From contig OZ245046.1 of NCBI GenBank assembly GCA_965224245.1, forward strand, positions 5,664,001 to 5,728,000: a DNA stretch of 64,000 nt, given 5' to 3'. The notes under the pieces were generated by a model, which saw only the letters and a list, made by a program, of their open reading frames with translations, was not told the origin of the DNA and ran no database searches. This document shows positions 48,340-56,322 of the stretch, in pieces; position 1 is the first letter of the stretch, and each line of letters starts with the position of its first letter. The DNA is from Candidatus Eiseniibacteriota bacterium (lineage in GTDB: Bacteria > Eisenbacteria > RBG-16-71-46 > CAZAMP01). The translations under genes were made by a program, and so were the position numbers.

Positions 48340-50010
48340 TCAGAAGCCGATCGCGCACCCGTCCTTGCGGTGATCGGAGGCGGCAACGTAGCCGCCGTCG
48401 ACGCGCTCGGCGAGCTGCGCGCCGCCGAACACCCACTCGGGAGGATCGTCTTCGACCTCGTGTCCGCGCGCGGCCAGGTCGCCCCCGATCGACTCGCGGA
48501 GCGCGGGCTCGAGCGCGATCGCGCCGGACTCGCGCACGAACCAGCGCGGGGCGTCGCTCGCGGCCTGGACGTTCTGTCCGTACGTGAATCGCCGGACGAC
48601 CATCTGCACGTGCCCTTGCGTCTGCATGTGGCCGCCCATGACGCCGAAGCTCAGGATCGGCGCGCCGTCCCGCGTGACGAAGCCGGGAATGATCGTGTGG
48701 AAGGGACGCTTTCCGCCGCGGACCTCGTTCACGTGGCCGGGCGTCAGGACGAACCCCGATCCACGGTTCTGGAGGCTCACCCCGGTTCCGGGCACCACGA
48801 CGCCCGATCCGAAGCCCCAGAAGTTCGACTGGATGAACGAGACCATCATGCCCCCCGAGTCCGCGGCGGTCAGGTACACGGTGCCATGATCGGTGGGCAC
48901 CGGATCCGGAGGGGGCGACGCCCGATCCAGCCGGATCGACGCCGCCCGGGCGGCGAGTCGCTTCGCATCGAGCAGCTCGTCCACGCTGACGCGCATCGCA
49001 CTCGCGTCGGCGACGTGGTCGGCGGCGTCGGACAGCGCGAGCTTCATCGCCTCGATCTGCACGTGCACCGAGTCTGCCCCGTCCACCGGATGCGAGCCGA
49101 GGTCGACGTGGGCGAGCGTCCCGAGCGCGATCAACGCGGCCAGGCCCTGTCCGTTGGGCGGGATCTCGTGCACGCGCAGGTCCGCGTAGGTCGTGTCGAT
49201 GGGGTCGACCCACTCCGATCGGTGCTCGGCCAGATCGGTCGTGTCGAGGGCCGCACCGTGATCTCGCGCGTCGCGCACGATCCGCTCTGCGATCTCGCCG
49301 CGGTAGAACGCGGCGCCGCGAGACTCCGCGATCGCCCGCAGCGTGGCCACCTGATCCGGACACCGAAAGCGCTCACCGGCGCGCGGAGCGCGTCCTCCGG
49401 GCAGGAACGTGGCCGCGAACGCCTCCTCACCGCCGAACGCGTCCTGGGCGGCACGCCAGCGATCGGCGGTGATCGGCGACACGAGAAAGCCGTCTCTCGC
49501 GTACGAGATGGCCGGACCGAACAGCTCGCCGAACGGAAGCGCTCCGAACCGGTCGGACAGCGTGGCCCAGGCGTCGACACAGCCGGGAACCGTGACCGAC
49601 TCCCATCCCCGGAGGGGCATGCGTTCGAGGTGTGCGAAGCGCTCGGGCGTCCACGATCTCGGGGATCGGCCGGAGCCGTTCAACGCGTGGAGCGTCCTCC
49701 CGTGCCACACGAGTGCAAACGCGTCGCCGCCGATGCCGTTGCTGGTCGGCTCGACCACGGTCAGCGCGATCGCCGCCGCGACGGCGGCGTCGACGGCGTT
49801 GCCGGCGTTCGCCAGCATCGACAGACCGGCCTGCGCCGCGAGAGGCTGTGACGTGGCGACGACGTTGGCCGCGAGCACCGGCATGCGCCGTGACGGATAG
49901 GGCAGGTGCCAGTGTGGATCGGCGCTCGTCACGGTACCGACCGCATGTGCGGCCCGGGGGTCCGCGGGGGCGGGTCCGCGATCCGGCACGCGCCGGGAGT
50001 CGATCGCCAT
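48340..50010 (-). CDS. ggt: Gamma-glutamyltransferase family protein (cytoplasmic type)
   Basis: ATSQPLA, GNAVDAA, NGIGGDAF, EIPPNGQG, GT.YL.AAD (Thr nucleophile), SFIQSNF.GFGS, KRPFHTIIP, GVMGG.MQ.QGH, SD.RKDG. Confidence 0.92.
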   Translation of the reverse strand: MAIDSRRVPDRGPAPADPRAAHAVGTVTSADPHWHLPYPSRRMPVLAANVVATSQPLAAQAGLSMLANAGNAVDAAVAAAIALTVVEPTSNGIGGDAFALVWHGRTLHALNGSGRSPRSWTPERFAHLERMPLRGWESVTVPGCVDAWATLSDRFGALPFGELFGPAISYARDGFLVSPITADRWRAAQDAFGGEEAFAATFLPGGRAPRAGERFRCPDQVATLRAIAESRGAAFYRGEIAERIVRDARDHGAALDTTDLAEHRSEWVDPIDTTYADLRVHEIPPNGQGLAALIALGTLAHVDLGSHPVDGADSVHVQIEAMKLALSDAADHVADASAMRVSVDELLDAKRLAARAASIRLDRASPPPDPVPTDHGTVYLTAADSGGMMVSFIQSNFWGFGSGVVVPGTGVSLQNRGSGFVLTPGHVNEVRGGKRPFHTIIPGFVTRDGAPILSFGVMGGHMQTQGHVQMVVRRFTYGQNVQAASDAPRWFVRESGAIALEPALRESIGGDLAARGHEVEDDPPEWVFGGAQLAERVDGGYVAASDHRKDGCAIGF

Positions 50011-50128
50011 CGTATCTCCGGTCGTCGCTCGAGAGGTCGCCGCCGCGTTCGGGCGGTGCATTCGATCATAGCTGCTCGCAGACACCGAAGGGGAGGCCGA
50101 TGTGCACTGGCCGCCCCCGTGCGGAGCA

Positions 50129-51583
50129 CTAGTCGCCCGGATCGCGCGGGGCGTAGGTCTCGAAGATCGCGTCCTCCGCCGGGACCCCGCCGACAGGATG
50201 GTCATACGGGTTCACGGCCACGTATCCGGTCGGGTTGCCGTCGGTGTCCCGGAACGTCCGGGTGTACAGGGTGTCTCCAGAGAAGATCTCGCGCCGGTAC
50301 GGATCGGCCACGTCCCCCAGCTCGAGGTCGTAGTACTCGGACACCCACGGGTTGCGCGCGGTCGTGGCCGATCGGGTCTCGGTGTCGACCAGGCAGAAGT
50401 AGCCGTCCCCGAGAAGCGTCGTCCCCAGAAAGAGCCGCACGTAGCGCCGCATCGACTCCGGGTCGTCCCACTGCCAGCGCGCGTCGTTCCGCCAGCTCAC
50501 CTGGTTGATCGACAGGGACCAGCCGGCCAGCGCGTGGTCGCGCTGAAACACGTACCCCCGTCGGGGATACGTGGTGTGGGTGTTGTAGAACTCGTCCCAC
50601 CAGGTCCAGCGAGGTCCGGACCAGCGGTTGCGGTTCATCCAGTCCTCGTTCTTGAAGCCGTGGAAGTACTCGAGTGGAGGCGTGAAGACGTCGCCGCCGG
50701 CGATGATCGGGTAGTCGGGACCGAGCTGGCGCCGCACCTCCTGGATCCACCAGGTCGTGACCTCGACCCAGTCCTCCACGAAGCGATCGAACTCGGCCTG
50801 CCCGCCTTCGGTCCAGTCGGCGACGCCGTTGCGGTTCCAGTCCAGGAGCCCGCCCGTGCCGCTGGGGGTGTCGCGATACCACCAGTACTGGTTGGGACGC
50901 TCCGCGACGACCTCCCACCAGAGGCCTTCGTAGCCCGTCATCTGCGTCTCCACGAACCACGGGATGAAGCGGGTGGCCATCCACTCGGCCATCGTCAGCC
51001 CGGTGCTGTCGAGCTCGGGGTGATCGGGCTCCGAGTACGTGCCGAGCGGGCAGTGGCTCGTGAAGTCTCCCCAGCGCCAGTACGTCCCCCACCCTCGGGC
51101 CACCGCCTCCTCGCCGTTGTGATGGCGCATGATCCAGTCGTTGGCGGCCGCGTACTCGCGGACGACGTCCTCCCACGACCACTCCTCACCCCAGTCGGTC
51201 TCGGGAACGATCTGAGGCATCGTGCGGCGGAAGAGGCGCGCGTCCGGGTTCCGGAGCCGGATCTCGCGCACCTCGCCCGGGTCTCCGCGCAGCGTGATCA
51301 GGCCGAAGCGCGCGATGTCGTCCTGCTCCCCGGCGGAGTAGGCCGACCAGTCGCCGATGAACGCACATACGCGCGGGAATCCGCCGTCGGGCGCCGAGGT
51401 GTCGCCCGGCGCGCTGGGGCCGCCGGGTCCGGTCGTGTCCGGCGGTGTGTCACCTCCCGTGGAGTCGCCAGCGGCCGAATCGTCGCCGGCGGGGTCGGTG
51501 ACCCGGGTGATGTCGCAGGCGGATAGCGCGATCACGCCGAAGCCGATCGCGAGCAGCGCCATCAGGGCTCGTGTGGAGGTCAT
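50129..51583 (-). CDS. Trp-rich lipoprotein, putative glycoside hydrolase-like (TIM-barrel) protein
   Basis: Lipobox LSAC, G/D/T/P-rich linker, IARFGLITL, IRLRNPD..L, TTLLGDGYF, EYYDLELG, Y.R.F, V.VNP motifs. Confidence 0.55.
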   Translation of the reverse strand: MTSTRALMALLAIGFGVIALSACDITRVTDPAGDDSAAGDSTGGDTPPDTTGPGGPSAPGDTSAPDGGFPRVCAFIGDWSAYSAGEQDDIARFGLITLRGDPGEVREIRLRNPDARLFRRTMPQIVPETDWGEEWSWEDVVREYAAANDWIMRHHNGEEAVARGWGTYWRWGDFTSHCPLGTYSEPDHPELDSTGLTMAEWMATRFIPWFVETQMTGYEGLWWEVVAERPNQYWWYRDTPSGTGGLLDWNRNGVADWTEGGQAEFDRFVEDWVEVTTWWIQEVRRQLGPDYPIIAGGDVFTPPLEYFHGFKNEDWMNRNRWSGPRWTWWDEFYNTHTTYPRRGYVFQRDHALAGWSLSINQVSWRNDARWQWDDPESMRRYVRLFLGTTLLGDGYFCLVDTETRSATTARNPWVSEYYDLELGDVADPYRREIFSGDTLYTRTFRDTDGNPTGYVAVNPYDHPVGGVPAEDAIFETYAPRDPGD

Positions 51584-51859
51584 GACTGTCGTCCTGGTGG
51601 ATGAAGGCCCCGTCGTCGGGCGGAGCAAGATCGCTGCCCGCGAGCGTGGTCGGGATCCACCACCTTGAGACGAGTCGACGAAGCGGCTAGTGTTCCGCGA
51701 CTTCGGACGCGGGACGCGGGTGTTCCGCGACCTTGGACGAAGGATGGTCGTGGCCCGAGCCTCGCCTCGGCCGCGCATCGAACCGGGGTCGGGACGGCGG
51801 GCTCACGGCGATCGGGGCACACGCCCGAGGCGCCCCGATCGGTGGAGGGGACGTCAGCG

Positions 51860-52360
51860 ATGTCGGTGGCCATTCGGTTCATCACGACCGGCGGGACGAT
51901 CGACAAGGTCTACTTCGACGCGGCCAGCGAGTTCGAGGTCGGCGAGTCCCAGATCCCCGATCTGCTCTCACGCTCGCAGGCGACGTTCGACTACGAGGTC
52001 GAGACCGTCTGCAAGAAGGACAGCCTCGATCTCACCGACGAGGATCGGGCCACCATCCGCGAGCGTGTCGTCGCGGCGCCGGAACGGCACGTCGTGATCA
52101 CGCACGGTACCGATACGATGGTCCAGACGGCCCGCTCCCTCTCGGGCATTCCGGACAAGGTGATCGTTCTGACCGGATCGTTGAGCCCGGCGCGGTTCCG
52201 CCGAAGCGACGCGGAGTTCAACGTGGGGATGGCCATCGGCGTCGTGCAGTCGATGCCGCCCGGCGTCTACATCTCGATGAGCGGACAGGTCTTCGATCCG
52301 GACCGCGTGCGGAAGAACCGCGAGCAGAATCGGTTCGAGGAGATCGACGCGGGCGAGTGA
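51860..52360 (+). CDS. Short asparaginase domain protein (N-terminal domain only)
   Basis: TTGGTIDK, KKDSLD, ITHGTDTM, VLTG; 166 aa; GGAGG RBS. Confidence 0.85.
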   Translation: MSVAIRFITTGGTIDKVYFDAASEFEVGESQIPDLLSRSQATFDYEVETVCKKDSLDLTDEDRATIRERVVAAPERHVVITHGTDTMVQTARSLSGIPDKVIVLTGSLSPARFRRSDAEFNVGMAIGVVQSMPPGVYISMSGQVFDPDRVRKNREQNRFEEIDAGE

Positions 52361-52392
52361 CGCTCGAGCCGGGGTGCTCGGCGTCGGCCGCT

Positions 52393-53466
52393 TCAGACGC
52401 CGCCGCCGCCGCCGCCGTCGACGTAGGCCTTGAGACGCATCATCTGCTGGCTCGTCCCCAGGACGACCATGTTGTCGCCGGCCGCGACCACTTCCGACGG
52501 ACCGGGGTTGTAGCGGTACTCCTCCGACCCGCTGTGACGAAGGGCGAGCACGATCAGCCCGGTGCGCCTGGGCACCTCGAGCGTGGCCAGCGTCTGCCCG
52601 GCCAGGATCGAGGACTCGGGGATGGTCACGCTGTCCAATCGCATCTCGATGTCGGACGTTCGCATCGTGGCGTCCAGGAAGCCCGCGATGGTCGGCTTGG
52701 TCACCATCGTGGCCATGCGCACGCCGCCGGTCACGTTGGGGAGGATCACGTGGTCGGCGCCGGCATGGCGGAGCTTGGAAATCGTCTCCTCCTCGGCGGC
52801 GCGAGCCGCGATGACGATGTCCCGTCTCAGCTCGCGCGCGGTCAGGCACAGGAAGAGGTTGTCGGCATCGCTGCTCAGGCACGCGGCCAGCCCTCGCGCC
52901 CGATGCAGACCGGCTTCCTCCAGAACGTGGTCCTTGGTCGCATCGCCGTCGATCACGAGCGCGTCGGGGTGGTTCTCGAACAGGAGCTCCGCCGCTCGCT
53001 CGGACTGCTCGATGCACACGAAGTCGACGCCGTCCCGGACGAGCTCGTCGACGACCACCCGGCCCATGCGACCGGTCCCGCACACGATGAAGTGGTCACG
53101 GAGATCGTCTATCTCACGCATGGTTCGTCGCCTCCTCATGAACCCGCCGAGGTCCACCTCCACGATGAACGCTGTCATCAGAGCCCAGAACCCACCCAGA
53201 CCGATGATGCTGAACGCCAGCAATACCGCGGTGAAGATCCGACCGCCGTCGGACAGGGGCTGGATCTCGCCGTAGCCGACCGAGGTCGCCGTGATGACGC
53301 TCATGAAGAAGCTGTCGCCCCACGACCAGTGCTCGAGCGTGTGATACCCGGCGGCCCCGAGCGCGATCACCGAGGAGAAGTACAGCGTCGTCCACCCGAA
53401 GCGCGGAATGAACGGGCGAACCGAGTCGCGCAGCGTGGGCTGTGTCGGATCGTAGGATTGCTTCAC
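52393..53466 (-). CDS. Potassium channel protein with TrkA-N/TrkA-C (RCK) domains
   Basis: Two TM helices with pore TSVGYGE, IVCGTGRMG, GDAT, GADHVI.P, C-terminal RCK-C (YNPGP). Confidence 0.92.
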   Translation of the reverse strand: MKQSYDPTQPTLRDSVRPFIPRFGWTTLYFSSVIALGAAGYHTLEHWSWGDSFFMSVITATSVGYGEIQPLSDGGRIFTAVLLAFSIIGLGGFWALMTAFIVEVDLGGFMRRRRTMREIDDLRDHFIVCGTGRMGRVVVDELVRDGVDFVCIEQSERAAELLFENHPDALVIDGDATKDHVLEEAGLHRARGLAACLSSDADNLFLCLTARELRRDIVIAARAAEEETISKLRHAGADHVILPNVTGGVRMATMVTKPTIAGFLDATMRTSDIEMRLDSVTIPESSILAGQTLATLEVPRRTGLIVLALRHSGSEEYRYNPGPSEVVAAGDNMVVLGTSQQMMRLKAYVDGGGGGGV

Positions 53467-53628
53467 CCGAGCGGTCCCTCGCGACGAGCATGACGTGTCT
53501 CGCGGCGGAACACTAGCAGCTTTCGTCGCCCCGTCGCGAGATGGACGTTGCGCCGTCGCGCTCGGCCGGGCGGGGTCACCGGAGACCGGTACGGCGCCGA
53601 CCTCGCGTCGAGCCGGCCACGGTCACGT

Positions 53629-54114
53629 CTACCGGGTCCTCGTGGCGTCCTCCCGGAACACCGCGGAGACGATGTCACAGACGCGCCCGAGAAACAGCCG
53701 GTCCTCCTCGGCGAAGGCGGCCGGGGTGTGCGAGTCGATGTCGAGCTGCGCCACGAACACACCGTCCACGAAGATCGGCACCACGATCTCGGACAGGACG
53801 TCGAGGCTGCACGCGAGGTAGTTCGACTCGTTTCGGACGTCGTCGACGATCCGGGTCCTCTCGGTCTCGGCGACCTGGCCGCAGATCCCGCGGCCATAGG
53901 GGATGCGCACGTGGTCGGTCGGTGCCCCCTCGTACGGGCCGAGCACCAGCTCCCGCTGGGCGTCGGGGGCGATCCGGTAGAAGCCCACCCAGTCGTAGTG
54001 TGGGACGTTCTGCTGGAGGAGGTAGCACAGTGCCTTCAGGCGCGCGTCCGCGGGCGACGGCGCGGACGTGATCTGCTCGACCTTGGGGAGGAGCGAGACG
54101 AAGTCGGTATCCAT
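53629..54114 (-). CDS. GAF domain protein, free methionine-R-sulfoxide reductase (MsrC)-like
   Basis: DWVGFY, LGPY.G, I.YGRGICG, NYLACS...SEIVVPI, LDIDS. Confidence 0.8.
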   Translation of the reverse strand: MDTDFVSLLPKVEQITSAPSPADARLKALCYLLQQNVPHYDWVGFYRIAPDAQRELVLGPYEGAPTDHVRIPYGRGICGQVAETERTRIVDDVRNESNYLACSLDVLSEIVVPIFVDGVFVAQLDIDSHTPAAFAEEDRLFLGRVCDIVSAVFREDATRTR

Positions 54115-54231
54115 CGGATCCTCTCGGCGAGCGTCGCGGCCGCGAGGGGTCGCGTTCGCCCGGCTTCGTCGGTGTATGTCGAGGGTCTCGGTTACCCGGG
54201 TCGGGGCGTTCGTCCCGATCGCCCCACTCGC

Positions 54232-55371
54232 TCAGGTGGCGAGGGCGCGGTCCAGATCCTCGATCAGATCGTCGGCGTCCTCGATCCCCACCGACAGCCG
54301 GCACAGCGAGTCGGTGATTCCGATGGCGTCCTTCTCGGTCTGCGGGATCGCGTGGTGCGTCATCCGGGTCGGGTAGCACACGAGCGACTCGACGCCGCCC
54401 AGACTCTCGGCCAGCTTGAACACGCGCAGCTTCTTGAAGAAGTCGTCCGCGCCCTGGCGTCCGCCGCGGACCCAGAACGAGACCATGCCGCCGAAGCCGC
54501 ACATCTGCCGGGAGGCGATCGCATGGCCGGGAGCCTCGGGATCACCGGGATAGAACACGCGCTCGGCGCGCGGGTGATCGGCCAGGAACGCCGCGACCCG
54601 CCGCGCGTTGGCATCGTGGCGCTGCATGCGCACCTCGAGCGTCTTGACGCCGCGCTGGACCAGAAAGCAGTCGAGCGGCGCGGGGATGCCGCCGCAGGCG
54701 TTCTGGTAGAACTTCACGCGGGCGTGGATCTCGGGGTCGTTCGTGACCACGGCGCCGCCGACGACGTCGCTGTGACCGCCGATGTACTTCGTCGTGCTGT
54801 GGACGACCACGTCGGCCCCGAGCGCCAGCGGCGTCTGGAAGACCGGCGTCGCGAAGGTGTTGTCGACGACGAGGGTGAGCCCCGGCCGCCGCTCCTGGGC
54901 GAGGCGAGCGATGTCGATGACGTTCAGCATGGGATTCGTGGGCGTCTCGATCCAGATCATGCGCGTCCGGTCGGTGATGGCCGCGGCGATGTCGTCCGCG
55001 GAGCTCGTGTTCAGGAACGTCGACCGGATCCCGTACTTGTCGTAGACCATCCTGAGCTGGCGATATGTGCCCCCGTACACGTCGATCGTGGAGACGAACT
55101 CGTCGCCGGGCTTCAGGAGATCCAGGAGGGCCGCCGTCGCGGCCGAGCCCGAGGCGAAGCAGGCGCCGTGCTTGCCGCCCTCGATGCTGGCGAGCGTCTC
55201 CTCGAGCGCGTCGCGCGTGGGATTCTGCGTGCGGGCGTACTCGTACCCCGACCGTGGCGCATCGACTCCGTCCTGCTCGTACGTGGATGTCTGGAAGATG
55301 GGGACCGTGACGGAGCCGGTCCGTTCGTCTGACGGCTGTCCGGCGTGGATGGCCCTGGTGGCGAACTTCAT
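54232..55371 (-). CDS. Cystathionine gamma-synthase/gamma-lyase family PLP enzyme
   Basis: FATRAIHAGQ, PIFQTSTY, YEYAR..NPTR, ETPTNP, VDNTFATP, HSTTKYIGGHSD, LAESLGGVESL, RLSVGIED. Confidence 0.93.
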   Translation of the reverse strand: MKFATRAIHAGQPSDERTGSVTVPIFQTSTYEQDGVDAPRSGYEYARTQNPTRDALEETLASIEGGKHGACFASGSAATAALLDLLKPGDEFVSTIDVYGGTYRQLRMVYDKYGIRSTFLNTSSADDIAAAITDRTRMIWIETPTNPMLNVIDIARLAQERRPGLTLVVDNTFATPVFQTPLALGADVVVHSTTKYIGGHSDVVGGAVVTNDPEIHARVKFYQNACGGIPAPLDCFLVQRGVKTLEVRMQRHDANARRVAAFLADHPRAERVFYPGDPEAPGHAIASRQMCGFGGMVSFWVRGGRQGADDFFKKLRVFKLAESLGGVESLVCYPTRMTHHAIPQTEKDAIGITDSLCRLSVGIEDADDLIEDLDRALAT

Positions 55372-55588
55372 CGTGTGGCTCTCCGAGGTGGACGCCCGGT
55401 GGCCGGCGGGCCGGCGCGGGTGTGCGCCCGGGCACACCGTGCCCGGGTCGCAGGAGGCTGATCGGCGGCGCATCGCGCCCATGGAACCGCGGGAGTCTAG
55501 CAGACCCGGGCAGGTGGAGGGGACCGGTGGTCGCACGCAGCCACCCCGAGCGCGCGACTGATCCGGTACAGACGAGTCGAACGGGGCG

Positions 55589-56314
55589 TCAGTCCGCGTA
55601 GCGGTAGACCTTCCACGTCCCGTTGCACTCGGCGACGGTGCGGACGAACGTCAGCTCCACGGGCTGTTCGCTCGCGTCGACGCAGTGCAGGACGAGGCCC
55701 CGGTGCAGCGTGAAGTTCGTGTAGGGCGTGATGCCCTCGGAGTAGGTGACGTGACTGAACGTCAGCTGACGCCCGTCGATGGCATCGGCACCTCGAGTCG
55801 CGCCCGAGAGGTTGCTGCGGTGCAGGAACCCCCAGGCATGCGTGGCCTCGATGTGGGTGACGGGACGACTCTCGGGGAACTCCCGCCACAGCACGTCCTC
55901 GAAGTCGTGAGCGTCCACCGCGAGCGCCTGAAGGCGAGCCCGGTCGTCGCGGACCGCGGCATCGACCACGGCCGTGAGCAGCGCCTTGAAGCTCGGCTGT
56001 CCGCCCTCGAGCCTGAGATTCGTGTTTCGCGGAACCTCGCGACGGCCGCTCTCCACGGCGTCTCGTTCAGGATCGTCGGGCGGTGTGTAGCCGGGCGCGT
56101 TGGCGAGGGCGGACGGCGCAACCGTCCTGCCGGGGGCGACGATCGGTACCGCCGGCACGTGCCCATCGGCATCGGCCTCCAGGACCTCGCGAACGTCATC
56201 GGAGACGCCGTCGGCCCGTGCCGTATCGGGTCCCTTCGAGCAGCTCGACCCGAGCACCATCAGCGCGATGCCGAGCATGAGGGGACGAACTCCGGTGTGT
56301 CGTGACTCATTCAC
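55589..56314 (-). CDS. Hypothetical lipoprotein downstream of a TonB receptor
   Basis: Lipobox-like GSSC after a hydrophobic stretch; starts 8 bp after the receptor stop; ends G.WKV..Y.D. Confidence 0.65.
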   Translation of the reverse strand: MNESRHTGVRPLMLGIALMVLGSSCSKGPDTARADGVSDDVREVLEADADGHVPAVPIVAPGRTVAPSALANAPGYTPPDDPERDAVESGRREVPRNTNLRLEGGQPSFKALLTAVVDAAVRDDRARLQALAVDAHDFEDVLWREFPESRPVTHIEATHAWGFLHRSNLSGATRGADAIDGRQLTFSHVTYSEGITPYTNFTLHRGLVLHCVDASEQPVELTFVRTVAECNGTWKVYRYAD

Positions 56315-56322
56315 GGTACGGT

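Noticed and set aside
55505-55535. GGTGGAGGGGACCGG, similar to part of a SAM-I riboswitch, near the cystathionine gamma-synthase gene
   Set aside because: Wrong strand for that gene, and the ATC.AGAG and GCAACC elements are missing.
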